Notes: generated by a model not told the origin, from the letters alone. 64,000 nt of DNA from Methanothrix sp. (GCA_963682135.1 OY821645.1:1120001-1184000), one strand, 5' to 3'; counted from the stretch's first letter, positions 1-9,862 are shown. Numbers and translations are program-made.

Positions 1-2559
1 GAAAGTAGACCCCTTGCCAACTTCACTCTCCACCCACATCTTTCCACCCATCAGCTCCGCCAGCCTCTTGCTTATGGCCAGTCCTAAACCGGTGCCACCG
101 TACCGGCGCGCTGTCGATGCATCGACCTGACAAAACGACTGGAATAGGCGTACCATCTTATCATCCGGAATGCCGATTCCCGTATCCTTTACTGCAAAAT
201 GAATTTCGTAGTTGCCGCCATCTACCGCTTTGCCTGAAACTGTGATTGTGATCTTGCCGTTTTCTGTGAACTTCACTGCATTATTGAGTAGATTGATCAA
301 GATCTGATTGATCCTGGTGGGGTCTCCCAGTATCATGGTTGGAACGAGTCCTTCCAAGGTGTACGCTGTCTCCAGACCCTTCCGTTTGGCATCCATGGAT
401 ACCATATCTAAAGACACCTCAAGGCAGTCATGCAGGTCAAATGACTGATGCTCCAGTTCCATCATCCCTGATTCGATTTTTGTGAGATCGAGTATGTTGT
501 TGATGATGGAGAGAAGAGTATCTCCACTGCGGCGGATGATTTCGACGTCCTCTTTCTGATTCGTCGTTAGATTCTCATCCAGAAGAAGGCCGGTCATGCC
601 TATTACTGCATTCATGGGCGTGCGGATCTCATGGCTCATATTGGCCAGAAATTCGGATTTGGCAAGCGTGGCAGATTCTGCTTTGTCTTTAGCCCTCTGA
701 AGATCCTCTTCCGCGTGTTTTCGCTCTGTGATGTCACGGATGGATTCGATTGCTCCCCAGTAATTTCCGTCTGAGTCATAGAGTGCCGATGCACTACCCA
801 GGAGATAGGTTTCATTTCCACGAAGATTAGGGATGTAGATTTCCGCGGCTAGAGTGCCGTCTTCATGCCTTTTTATAGCATTGTATTTTTTTTCTAAATT
901 TTGATGTAATCCGTGGACTGCATCAATGAGTATCGGCCTGCGTTCACCATAGAAGGGCAGAGCATATTCATAATCTCCTTTCATCAGGATCTGCTCGGCC
1001 TTGACACCGGTCATCTTCTCCATCGATTGGTTCCAGGATATGACTCTGCCTTCTTTGTCGATGACAAGTGTAGCATCGGGGAGAAAGTCAATTATGCCTG
1101 TAAGAAGACGCTCGGACTCTTTCAGAGCGCTCTCCGCTTTCTTGCGATCGCTGATGTTTAGAGCTACTTGAACCACTCCTGTAACCATCTCCCTTTCATC
1201 CCTGATAGGACTGCTTCGAGAAAGCCATGTCTTCTCGTCGGGGGTGATCAATTCACCTTCCTGGGATTTGCCGGTCTGCATGGCTTTGACGGCGGTGCAA
1301 CCTTCACAGGGCGTATCGATTCCCTGGAGAATCTCAAAGCAGTGTTTTTCCTTAATTTCGTCTTCAGGGATGCGAAGGTGATCTCTTACTGACGAATTGA
1401 CCCAGATGATGCGCATCTTAGTATCGAGATAAATGACCGCCACTTTTTTCAGGCCGCTGAGAATTGCACCTTTTTCCTTTTCCGATTCACGTAATGCATC
1501 TTCTGCCCGGCTTCGTTCTACTGTTTCTGCCAGGGTCATGGCTAGAAATTGATTGCTTTCATCAAAAACCACTTTCTGACGGATGAACATTAGGCCAATA
1601 AGGAGTGCGAAGGTAGCGGTTACAATAGAATAGTTGATGATATGTGAGAATTCCTGGCCCCAGACGAAGAGCAAAAAAACGGCACCGATCCCTAAGAAGG
1701 GCAAGTTATGGGTCCAATTTGCCCTCTTGCTTTGTACAAAGCCTAAAGCACCAGGCTGATCCGATGGTGAAATATTCATCTGCAGAATTCCTGCCAGCCC
1801 AAGAAGGAGGTAACTCACCACCCAACCGCTATCGAGGATGCTTCCGGAGACGAAAGTTCCCCGTTGTGTCTGAATGCTGAAGAATGCATCCGCTAATATT
1901 AATGTTGCAATGCCTAGTGCCAGAATGATGATCGGCCCCTGTCCACAAGAGGCAAGCTTTCTGAAGAGCAGCTCTATGAGGGCAATGAAAAGGACCAAAT
2001 CCATGACGGGGTAAGCCAGCGAAACCACAGAAACCCAATCAAGCGCTTCAATGGAAATGACAATTGGGGCTATAAGCAAGACCCAAAACACCAAGGCGAC
2101 CGATACAATAACGATCGCGGCATCAAGCAGGATTTTGATTTTATCCCGAGAAGAGAGTGATACATCCGGAAGAAGAAATATTCCCAATGCGAAGAGTGGG
2201 TAGAACATGAGGTAGCCGATATCCGCGACCGAAGGAAATGGGTCCTGGTGGAAGATCAGCTCGATCACTGACCAAGATAGATCCCCAAGAGTATTGAAGA
2301 ACAGGGCGGCGGCAATAACCATCCAGGCTTTTCTGGCCCTGCCCGTAGATCGGCATCCCGTGCAAAACAATGCGACTGCTGCAAGACCGCTGGTTAATGT
2401 TACAAATCCATCTCCAATTACAAGGAAGCTCCTCTCCGTCCCGCTAAGGGCCACCAGTGTCATGTGAAGCAGCGCGATTATGATCGCCAGAATGGCGGCG
2501 CTGCGAAAAGATAAATATGTATTACATCTTGCACAACCCAACATATTGATCTTGGTCAC
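1..2559 (-). CDS. Membrane-bound PAS-domain sensor histidine kinase (3' end runs off the window)
   Basis: Absent from the ORF track because it has no stop in the window. Manual translation gives hydrophobic N-terminal helices, a PAS-like segment, H-box SEFLANMSHEIRTPMN, N-box NLLNNAVKFT and G boxes DTGIGI and GGTGLGLAI. The N- and C-terminal parts share one frame (spot-checked, not every codon). GTG start 2559, alternative ATG 2544. Confidence 0.85.
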   Translation of the reverse strand, partial: MTKINMLGCARCNTYLSFRSAAILAIIIALLHMTLVALSGTERSFLVIGDGFVTLTSGLAAVALFCTGCRSTGRARKAWMVIAAALFFNTLGDLSWSVIELIFHQDPFPSVADIGYLMFYPLFALGIFLLPDVSLSSRDKIKILLDAAIVIVSVALVFWVLLIAPIVISIEALDWVSVVSLAYPVMDLVLFIALIELLFRKLASCGQGPIIILALGIATLILADAFFSIQTQRGTFVSGSILDSGWVVSYLLLGLAGILQMNISPSDQPGALGFVQSKRANWTHNLPFLGIGAVFLLFVWGQEFSHIINYSIVTATFALLIGLMFIRQKVVFDESNQFLAMTLAETVERSRAEDALRESEKEKGAILSGLKKVAVIYLDTKMRIIWVNSSVRDHLRIPEDEIKEKHCFEILQGIDTPCEGCTAVKAMQTGKSQEGELITPDEKTWLSRSSPIRDEREMVTGVVQVALNISDRKKAESALKESERLLTGIIDFLPDATLVIDKEGRVISWNQSMEKMTGVKAEQILMKGDYEYALPFYGERRPILIDAVHGLHQNLEKKYNAIKRHEDGTLAAEIYIPNLRGNETYLLGSASALYDSDGNYWGAIESIRDITERKHAEEDLQRAKDKAESATLAKSEFLANMSHEIRTPMNAVIGMTGLLLDENLTTNQKEDVEIIRRSGDTLLSIINNILDLTKIESGMMELEHQSFDLHDCLEVSLDMVSMDAKRKGLETAYTLEGLVPTMILGDPTRINQILINLLNNAVKFTENGKITITVSGKAVDGGNYEIHFAVKDTGIGIPDDKMVRLFQSFCQVDASTARRYGGTGLGLAISKRLAELMGGKMWVESEVGKGSTF

Positions 2560-2843
2560 CCTATCATCGTTGTAGAATAACTAGCCAAAAAAGCTTTTGG
2601 TATACAGCCTTCGTTGGTTAATACTACTAAACTAATAATATCTTAGAAATTAAGTATGATGGGTGGTTTTCTAGCTCAGGATAGAAGGAAATTGTGGATA
2701 ATTGCCCGTCTGATTGTTCCAACCGCATTTCTTATATTCAAGATATTGTCCCACAAGTTGTGCATACGATACTGTAAAAGAATAATTATAATGTACCCAG
2801 GCTCATCAGCTTCATGTATCACTCTATCACCAACAGGCATGAT

Positions 2844-3395
2844 TCATAGGGATAATAGCTTGCTTCTGCTGAAGCGAATCTTTGGCTCGGAGATGGGACT
2901 CAAGCCTGCCTGCCGAGCAATATCGATCGTCCTTTCAAAAGCAGATGCTGAAACATGGAACATGGGCTCAACAACCAGCAGCTTTCCTTTGGGTTTGAGC
3001 ACGCAGGCGATCTCCTTTAGGAAGGCTTTTGCATTGGGCACTTCATGAACCATGTAGAAAGCCAGAGCAAAATCAACCATTTCGGATAAGCCGATCCGGT
3101 CCGGATCGCTCTTATGGGTGAGTATTCTGGATACCAGTCCCTCCTGAGCCGCTTTCGTCCTCACTATTTCGAGCATTTCCTCCTGGATATCAACTGCAAT
3201 GACTTTTCCCGATTTGCCCACCATTTTCGCCATGGTGATTGTAAAAGTACCTGGTCCGCATCCGAGATCAAGAACGGTCTGTCCCGGTTTTATATGCTCG
3301 CCCAAGATTTTTTGAGGATTATGAATGAGCCTGCGAATTGGATTGTCCAGAGCCCGGGCAATCTTCCAGGAACAGATGCGTGATGTTTCACTCAT
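2844..3395 (-). CDS. Class I SAM-dependent methyltransferase
   Basis: VLDLGCGPG motif I, AVDIQ motif II, LKPKGKLLVVE. Confidence 0.9.
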   Translation of the reverse strand: MSETSRICSWKIARALDNPIRRLIHNPQKILGEHIKPGQTVLDLGCGPGTFTITMAKMVGKSGKVIAVDIQEEMLEIVRTKAAQEGLVSRILTHKSDPDRIGLSEMVDFALAFYMVHEVPNAKAFLKEIACVLKPKGKLLVVEPMFHVSASAFERTIDIARQAGLSPISEPKIRFSRSKLLSL

Positions 3396-3688
3396 TTAGG
3401 ACCCCCCTCGGATACTTCCCATCTTGCCATCGACCTTCTTTTGCAGCTTATCCTTCCGTCCCGATAATCTATCTATTACCGCTTTCATCTCAGTTCCTCA
3501 TGGTGGATTGCATCTCTCGCATGGCAAATACTCGTCCGTGTAGATAAAGTGGTTTGCCTTCGATGTGGACCTGATTCCAGTTTCCCAAAGGAGCAAATTT
3601 TCAAGCATCAGAGTGTAGGCTTTGGGCACTGTCAAGGCGTCAGGAAGATAAGCAAGGAACAGAAAGGAAGATCGGCGAGGGCATTGAT

Positions 3689-4354
3689 ATGAATCGTTGT
3701 TTGGGATTAATTATGAGAAAATCAGGGCTCCTGCTTATCCTCACATTTATGTTTGTATCGAGTTTTGCTCAAGCTACATTGGCGAATTGCCCGGCTTGCA
3801 TGGGAGAACAACCTGATTGGACACAAAGCGCTACAGCTTTTTTGGAAGGAAAGCCCATCCAAGACACGGCATCCACTCTGAGCGGCCCACAACAGGCTAG
3901 ACTGCTAAATGCACAAATCGATGCAAGGAAAAAAGCAAGTCAAGCTTCAAATACGGCAGGTGATACAACCGCAAAGCCGATGCAAAACTCGACTGCGTTG
4001 TTCGATATTGACCTGAATGACATACGCGCTGTGCCCAATCCCGCAAATTTCAATGATGAGATCAAAATAATAGCCGTTTTCGGGAATACCAGCTCTAACT
4101 TAACAACTCCGGATAAATCTTCGAAAATAATTGATCAGGCCAATCTTACGGTCTATGCCGACATCATCAACTCCGCCGGAATAAATGTTGGCAAGGTGAA
4201 TCTGAAACCATCATCTGAGAATGGATATTTTGGAATATGGAATGCCAGTGTAGAATCAGACATCTATAATGCAACAATCGAGGCATCTGGTCGCGATGGA
4301 GTAAAAACGTTTAATAACGCCCTGCAAATCGTAGTAGGCACTCCTGGTAAATAA
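3689..4354 (+). CDS. Hypothetical exported protein (signal peptide, N-terminal CPAC)
   Basis: 221-aa ORF with a hydrophobic N-terminus. Confidence 0.65.
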   Translation: MNRCLGLIMRKSGLLLILTFMFVSSFAQATLANCPACMGEQPDWTQSATAFLEGKPIQDTASTLSGPQQARLLNAQIDARKKASQASNTAGDTTAKPMQNSTALFDIDLNDIRAVPNPANFNDEIKIIAVFGNTSSNLTTPDKSSKIIDQANLTVYADIINSAGINVGKVNLKPSSENGYFGIWNASVESDIYNATIEASGRDGVKTFNNALQIVVGTPGK

Positions 4355-4621
4355 AGGTGAATGCTGCTGGCAACAAAGAGCGAGGATTCTATCCCTTTTA
4401 TAGAGGCAGCGGATCCGGACAACCCTTCAGACCAGGTGGGCAAATACAGTTTCCGTTATTGCATATTTTCCAGGGGGGGGCATTCCCCGCAGCATTCAGG
4501 CGTTTTCAGATCCAATCGCTTCTTTGGGCATCTTACATCATCCTTGAAGCGGTACGGAAAAATAATTCAGTCACCCATAGAAGAGATCTTTGAGAGCCAA
4601 ATAACTAAAATCGATAGGTAT

Positions 4622-4709
4622 TGGTGCGGGGGATGGGATTCGAACCCACGAACACCTTCGTGACTGGACCCTGAATCCAGCGCCTTTGACCTGGCTTGGC
4701 AACCCCCGC
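4622..4709 (-). tRNA. tRNA-Leu(CAG), CCA encoded
   Basis: GCGGGGGTTGCCAAGCCAGGTCAAAGGCGCTGGATT-CAG-GGTCCAG, long variable arm, GTTCGAATC, ACCA end. Confidence 0.95.
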
Positions 4710-4885
4710 AAAGGATGCAGCCAATCTCATGCAGTAGTAGTATTTAACAGTATTCATAGGGGCCGTCAAGAACAAGCCTCACAGTCCTTCGACCTATCGT
4801 AGAACCAATCAGCTTGGTCCTTGGCAAAGTTTATTTAGATGTCGCTAAACCTACATAATTGTATTGTATTGAGGTGTGATGAATT

Positions 4886-6490
4886 ATGCCAGATGCAGAT
4901 GACTATTTCGGGCCCAAAGCAGTCTACGACCACTTCATGAAGATAACAACCCTAAAACATCCCTCTCGTGATGAAGCCCATCCGGAAGAAGGCAATGAAG
5001 ATGAAGTGCGCCAGTATGTGGCAGATTGCGCCAACAAGATCGAAAATATTGAGACGCCCATTTTTTACGAAGCTAATGCAACGGATGCCGGCAAAAGGGT
5101 TATTGTTGTTCGCAGGAAGGGGTCGGGACAATATTCTGCGGCTCCATATGTCACCCTCCAGGCACACATGGATATGGTCTGTTTCCCCAAAAATGATATC
5201 TTTCCATTAAATGTTTTTGACTTTGAGATCAAGAAGGAGAATGGGGAGAATGGGGAGAAATGGATAAAGGCTGGAGACAAGGATAGCATCAGCAATCCAA
5301 AAAAGGGCACCACTCTGGGAGCGGATGACGGCATCGGCGTTGCAACCGCCCTGGCGCTGCTGGAGGATGAAACGCTAAAAGAGTACCCTCTGGAGTGCTT
5401 CTTCACCGTCCAGGAAGAGAATGACATGGGCGGAGCAGAGCACTTCGATAAGGCTCTGCTTCATGGCCGAAAATACATCAACCTCGATGCTGAGGATATA
5501 AAGACCATACTCTATGGCTGCGCAGGCGGTTGCGACTTCTCATTTTCGGGAACCGTTGAGCGGTCGGATATGGTGAATGATTTTGTTGCTCTGAAGGTCT
5601 CGATTTCAGGCCTTCGTGGCGGGCATTCAGGCGTCAACATCAATAATGGTAGGCTCAATGCCATTAAAGGTATAACGGAAATCCTCATTAACCTCAATGA
5701 GCGAATTGTTAATCGAGATGTTGGAGATATCGCCGGTTACGAACTGCGCCTTATTTCGATGGAAAGAGATGAGCAGACCAAGATGAATTCCATCCCCAGC
5801 AGTGCTAGTGCTGTGGTTGCCATCGCGAAGGATAAAAAGGAGAGTTTTGAGAATAATTTTGCTGCTCAATGCAATGCATTAAAAGCGCTTTATCAGCCTG
5901 AAGAGGATAAATTCAGCTGGCAGGTCTGCTGGCAGGGAGATGATCAGGCAAAGCCGCTGAGCAAGATCTCGACTGATGCGCTTCTTTGTCTGCTCAGCCG
6001 GATACCTCACGGCGTCATTCGAATGATACCGCAAAAGGATAACGCGAGCCTGGTCGAGACATCGAGCAACCTGGCGGGAATTGAGATTGGCAATGAGGCT
6101 GCTATCATCAAAGGATCAAACCGCAGCTCCAATGATGCTAATATGAAGGCTCTCAAGAATGTCCAAATTAACATAGCCAATTGCTTCGATTATTCAGTGA
6201 AATATACCGATGGGTATCCAGCCTGGCAGCCGAACGAAAAATCCGAGCTGCTTGCAATAGCCAAAGATGTTTATGGGAGCAAATATCCTGGATATAACGC
6301 GACTGTGATCCATGCCGGCCTGGAATGCAGCCAGGTAGTAGCCAAGTACGGCAGCGAGATAGATTGCATCTCCATCGGTCCCACCATAGTCGATCCCCAC
6401 TCGGGTGGCGAACGTCTCAAGACGTCAACCGTAGAGCAATTCTATGATGCGGTAGGGCAAATTCTTCATAAGATTTTCGAGAAGAAGTAG
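4886..6490 (+). CDS. pepD: Aminoacyl-histidine dipeptidase (peptidase M20C)
   Basis: LQAHMDMV, TTLGADDGIG, FTVQEE, GGHSG, IHAGLEC and HS.GE motifs. Confidence 0.9.
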   Translation: MPDADDYFGPKAVYDHFMKITTLKHPSRDEAHPEEGNEDEVRQYVADCANKIENIETPIFYEANATDAGKRVIVVRRKGSGQYSAAPYVTLQAHMDMVCFPKNDIFPLNVFDFEIKKENGENGEKWIKAGDKDSISNPKKGTTLGADDGIGVATALALLEDETLKEYPLECFFTVQEENDMGGAEHFDKALLHGRKYINLDAEDIKTILYGCAGGCDFSFSGTVERSDMVNDFVALKVSISGLRGGHSGVNINNGRLNAIKGITEILINLNERIVNRDVGDIAGYELRLISMERDEQTKMNSIPSSASAVVAIAKDKKESFENNFAAQCNALKALYQPEEDKFSWQVCWQGDDQAKPLSKISTDALLCLLSRIPHGVIRMIPQKDNASLVETSSNLAGIEIGNEAAIIKGSNRSSNDANMKALKNVQINIANCFDYSVKYTDGYPAWQPNEKSELLAIAKDVYGSKYPGYNATVIHAGLECSQVVAKYGSEIDCISIGPTIVDPHSGGERLKTSTVEQFYDAVGQILHKIFEKK

Positions 6491-6644
6491 CAAGGAAACG
6501 GCTGAGGATAATAATCGCCCTCAGCCCATTTCATGCAGGCCGATTAGCTCCATTAAAAACGAAGTAAGATCTCTGAATCAACTGGCTGGCGTATCGCAAT
6601 CCTGGCATTTGAGCGGATGAAGCCGGGCGCAAATAGCGATTGGG

Positions 6645-6818
6645 CTAGGAAGGAAGAAAACCTGCACATTGATAACAGGCCCCATTATTATATTGATCGC
6701 ACATCCCATAATAAGGAATTGGGCCAGCGGGTTTGTTATACTTGCACAAAGTAAGCACCATCTCTTCATCCGATTGTCTCACAACGACTGTCAATTCGGG
6801 TTTTATCCATGATTTCAT
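6645..6818 (-). CDS. Putative RiPP precursor peptide (W-x-K-P-E-L leader, Cys-rich core), 57 aa
   Basis: MKSWIKPELTVVVRQSDEEMVLTLCK-YNKPAGPIPYYGMCDQYNNGACYQCAGFLPS; GAGGT RBS-like site upstream of ATG 6818. Confidence 0.6.
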   Translation of the reverse strand: MKSWIKPELTVVVRQSDEEMVLTLCKYNKPAGPIPYYGMCDQYNNGACYQCAGFLPS

Positions 6819-6908
6819 CAGAATAACCTCTATCAAAGTGCAAATTGTGTGGCAAAACAGGAAATAAAAATGCAAGGAACTTGATGAGGCCCTTTTCCTT
6901 GCAATTAA

Positions 6909-6981
6909 CGCCCGGACCGGGATTCGAACCCGGGTCGAAAGCTCGACAGGCTTTCATGATGGGCCACTACACCATCCGGAC
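6909..6981 (-). tRNA. tRNA-Asp(GTC)
   Basis: AAAGC-CT-GTC-GA-GCTTT anticodon arm, GGTTCGAATCC T arm. Confidence 0.95.
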
Positions 6982-6991
6982 AGTTTTCAGA

Positions 6992-7099
6992 TCCCGCCTC
7001 CCAGATTCGAACCGGGGACATCGCGGTGACTGCGCGTAGCACCTCTACGGTGCGAGACATACTACAGCCGCGCACTCTACCAGGCTGAGTTAAGGCGGG
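6992..7099 (-). tRNA. tRNA-Tyr(GTA) with 34-nt intron at 37/38 (7028-7061)
   Basis: C1-G72 archaeal Tyr acceptor stem; CGCGG-CT-GTA-G [intron] A-CCGCG. Confidence 0.93.
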
Positions 7100-7220
7100 C
7101 CTCTCGCTACCAGGTTATTCCTTGTACTTAAGCCCTTCGACACTAACTTCCACAAAAGGCTTTTTGGAGGGTGGCAGCCGATGGCAAAATATAATTATGG
7201 GATGCGATTTTGGGAGGAGC

Positions 7221-7754
7221 TTGATGCTCATAGGAATTATGTCCGATGCCCATGACAGTATCCAAGGCGTCAAGGATGCTCTGCGGGTTTTTTCTTCCAG
7301 GAAAGTGGATCTGGTGCTCTTTGCCGGCGACATGATCGGCTCGGGTAACTGCTATACCTTCGAAGGCTTTGGCATTCCCCTCAAGCTGGTCTACGGAAAT
7401 AACGACGGAGACCGCGTCGGCCTGGCCCGCGAGTTTGCTCGCGTGGGCGGCGAGTACCTGGGCGACTTTGGGGAGATCGAGGCGGGCGGCCTGAAGATAG
7501 CACTCATGCACGGCACCGAGGAGCCGGTGGTAAAGGCCGTGGTAGCCTCTCAGCTCTATGATGTCGTGGTCCGCGGACATAACCATCGTGCTGAAGCGAC
7601 AAGGCACGAGAGGACGCTCCTGATCAACCCCGGCGAGATCTGGGGCCACTTCACCGGCCTCTCCAGCATCGCCATCCTGGACACCGCCCGCCTGGCTGTG
7701 GAGATGATCGAGCTGGGCCGCCACAAGACCTTCCGCGAGATCATCAAGGAATGA
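7221..7754 (+). CDS. YfcE/MJ0936-family metallophosphoesterase
   Basis: SDAHD, AGD, GNND, HG, GHNH and NPG motifs; GGAGG before 7221. Confidence 0.9.
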   Translation: MMLIGIMSDAHDSIQGVKDALRVFSSRKVDLVLFAGDMIGSGNCYTFEGFGIPLKLVYGNNDGDRVGLAREFARVGGEYLGDFGEIEAGGLKIALMHGTEEPVVKAVVASQLYDVVVRGHNHRAEATRHERTLLINPGEIWGHFTGLSSIAILDTARLAVEMIELGRHKTFREIIKE

Positions 7755-7760
7755 TAGTCT

Positions 7761-8207
7761 ATGACCTCCGGCGCCTTCGTTTCATCTTTGGACTGCTATC
7801 TGCTGGTAGATTGTCAGGACGGGAAGGTCGCCAGGATCTATTTCTCCCAGGAAATGCCCTCTGAGCCCTCCCTGCTAGCTGAAGAGATCGCCTCCCACCT
7901 GGTGTGGGGCGTGCCCTGCCCCGAAGCAGAGCTGGACATGTCCGGATGTACCGATTTTCAAAAACAGATCTACGCAATTGTGCAGGCGATACCGCGCGGC
8001 GAGACGGCGACCTATGGCCAGGTAGCTCTGCGCGCGGGCATGCCTGGGGCGGCGCGGGCCGTGGGCCGGGCCATGGCTGCAAATCCGTTCGCCATTCTCA
8101 TGCCCTGCCACCGGGTGGTCGCCAAGAAGGGCTTGGGCGGATATGCTTGGGGCAGGGAGATGAAGGAGAAGCTGCTACGCCTGGAGAGAGAAGAAGGCAT
8201 TTGCTAA
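7761..8207 (+). CDS. ogt: Methylated-DNA-[protein]-cysteine S-methyltransferase
   Basis: IPRGETATYGQVA, ARAVG and PCHRV active site. Confidence 0.93.
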   Translation: MTSGAFVSSLDCYLLVDCQDGKVARIYFSQEMPSEPSLLAEEIASHLVWGVPCPEAELDMSGCTDFQKQIYAIVQAIPRGETATYGQVALRAGMPGAARAVGRAMAANPFAILMPCHRVVAKKGLGGYAWGREMKEKLLRLEREEGIC

Positions 8208-8329
8208 TTCGAGTCCATCTGCACGAGGATGCCGCCCGGAGCCAGGCATGTGGTCGGGAGCAGGCAGCGAATGTCAGTCCAAAGATTCATATCCAACCAT
8301 CTGCACAATGGTAAGAGAGGCAGATTAGC

Positions 8330-8482
8330 ATGGCACGGCCAATAGAATTGGGTTTGATCCTGGAAGGCGAAGATGCAGAAGAGTTCTTAGAGGATATCAG
8401 GAACCCCAAAAAGCCCACCAAAGAGCAGATGGAGATGTTTCGAGAAGCCATCAGGATATACAAAGAACATCCCGTTTCATGA
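8330..8482 (+). CDS. Small putative antitoxin (50 aa) upstream of a GNAT relic
   Basis: MARPIELGLILEGEDAEEFLEDIRNPKKPTKEQMEMFREAIRIYKEHPVS; ATGA overlap with the next ORF. Confidence 0.65.
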   Translation: MARPIELGLILEGEDAEEFLEDIRNPKKPTKEQMEMFREAIRIYKEHPVS

Positions 8483-8604
8483 AGCCTTTTCCGCTCGATC
8501 AGCTTCGGGTAGAATATCTAAGAGAGAGTCATAACATCTCGTTTTTTCATTGCAGCAATGACGACCTGAACGATTTCCTGAAGAGTGATGCAAAGAAATC
8601 CTAA
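8479..8604 (+). pseudogene. Truncated GNAT acetyltransferase (toxin-like), N-terminus only
   Basis: HNISFFHCSNDDLNDFLKSDA matches the F-x-C...LNDFL start of GNAT toxins; stops after 41 aa. Confidence 0.65.
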
Positions 8605-8960
8605 ACATGTATCCAATAGTTTTGCAGATGCATCAAGAAGATTCCGAGAGTTTGGCATGATGTCAGATAGCTCGATGCCGATGGCCACGCTCGTCCCTTC
8701 TGCTCGAAGAGGCCGGGGCTAGCTTGCTCCCACACTCGCCCTGCTTTCCGGAGAACACAGATGCGTCCCAGCACGCCTCTCCCGCTCGTGCCTCACGCAG
8801 CCGCATGAGGCCGCCGCCGACCACACGCGCGCGCGGGCAGGTGCCGCCCGGAGCTGGGCCCGTGGTCAGGAGCAGGAAGCGAATGCTAGTCCAAATATCC
8901 ATATCCAATCATCACTAAGATTTATATCGTTAGAGCCCTATTATTTAAGCTGGTGAGAGA

Positions 8961-9287
8961 ATGAACAACACCGTCGAGGTATCCAGAGATGTCTTTGAGC
9001 CCATAGCCTTGCTCGTAAGAGAGGGCTTATTTAAGAACGAGAAGGATGCCCTGAAATGTCTCGTTCTGGATCAAGCTGCATCGAAGATCCACCAATTCGA
9101 TTTTAAGATATCGGAGATGTGTGCCAAACACAAAATGAGCTTTGTGGATTTCAAGAGGCGCATTGAATCAAGGATTGGGGAAGAGTCCTTTGAGGAGTGG
9201 GATGACTTCATAATTTGGGAGAGCTACGAATCGGCTCGAAGCTACTGGAAAAACGTTGAAGCCAGACTTAAAGGTCTCAAGGCATGA
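8961..9287 (+). CDS. Putative antitoxin, partner of the DUF6516 protein
   Basis: 108 aa, acidic C-terminus WDDFIIWE, ATGA overlap with the DUF6516 gene. Confidence 0.6.
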   Translation: MNNTVEVSRDVFEPIALLVREGLFKNEKDALKCLVLDQAASKIHQFDFKISEMCAKHKMSFVDFKRRIESRIGEESFEEWDDFIIWESYESARSYWKNVEARLKGLKA

Positions 9288-9631
9288 AAGCCCAGGAGAT
9301 TCTCGATGTCCTTTCAAATAGCGACATTGTTCTCGATCTCGCAATAATCGTATTAGTCCAAGAGCCAGGGAGACAAGCATTGCGTGCCATAGCCTCATTG
9401 AAGGGAGGATATGTTCTCCATATCAATGAGTCTCACGGTAGGGACTTCAGAAGCTACTCATACCACGTGAGAAAAGGCGAAAAAATGGTGCAAAGATGGG
9501 ATAATGCACCCCATTGGCTCAATATGAAGACCTTTCCGCATCACCTTCATCTTGGCAGTGAAAAGAATGTTTTTGAGTGCCGTGAAGTCTTCGTCAAGGA
9601 CGTATTAGATGAGATGAAGAAGATAATATAA
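9284..9631 (+). CDS. DUF6516-family (TumE-like) putative toxin
   Basis: YSYH...RWDNAPH...TFPHHLH motif. Confidence 0.75.
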   Translation: MKAQEILDVLSNSDIVLDLAIIVLVQEPGRQALRAIASLKGGYVLHINESHGRDFRSYSYHVRKGEKMVQRWDNAPHWLNMKTFPHHLHLGSEKNVFECREVFVKDVLDEMKKII

Positions 9632-9862
9632 AACACAAGACTCTGATCCATTTTAGCGATCCAGTTCGATTCGATACAGATAGCATTGACCGTCCCACTG
9701 TCAGGTTTGGCGAGCTGGCTCGCCTCAACTTGCCTGCTTTGCGGTGAATGCAGGGGCTCCTGATCACGCCCTCCCGCGACTGCTCGTGGCTGCCCACTCA
9801 CGCTCGAACCGAATGGAGCCGCACGGACTGAGTGAGTCAAAATATTACGAGGTACTTGCTCC

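Noticed and set aside
636-2365. Short ORFs suggesting a fragmented gene
   Set aside because: They are alternate-frame shadows of one long minus-strand histidine kinase that runs off the window.
4399-4580. Minus-strand Cys-rich reading (CCGECPP/WKICNNGNCICPPG) broken at a G8 tract, possible phase variation
   Set aside because: Needs a frameshift and also has an upstream in-frame TGA; no credible start. At most gene debris.
6645-6647. TAG stop of the precursor as possible pyrrolysine readthrough into the second core
   Set aside because: The second core is in a different frame, and there are no pyl genes in the window.
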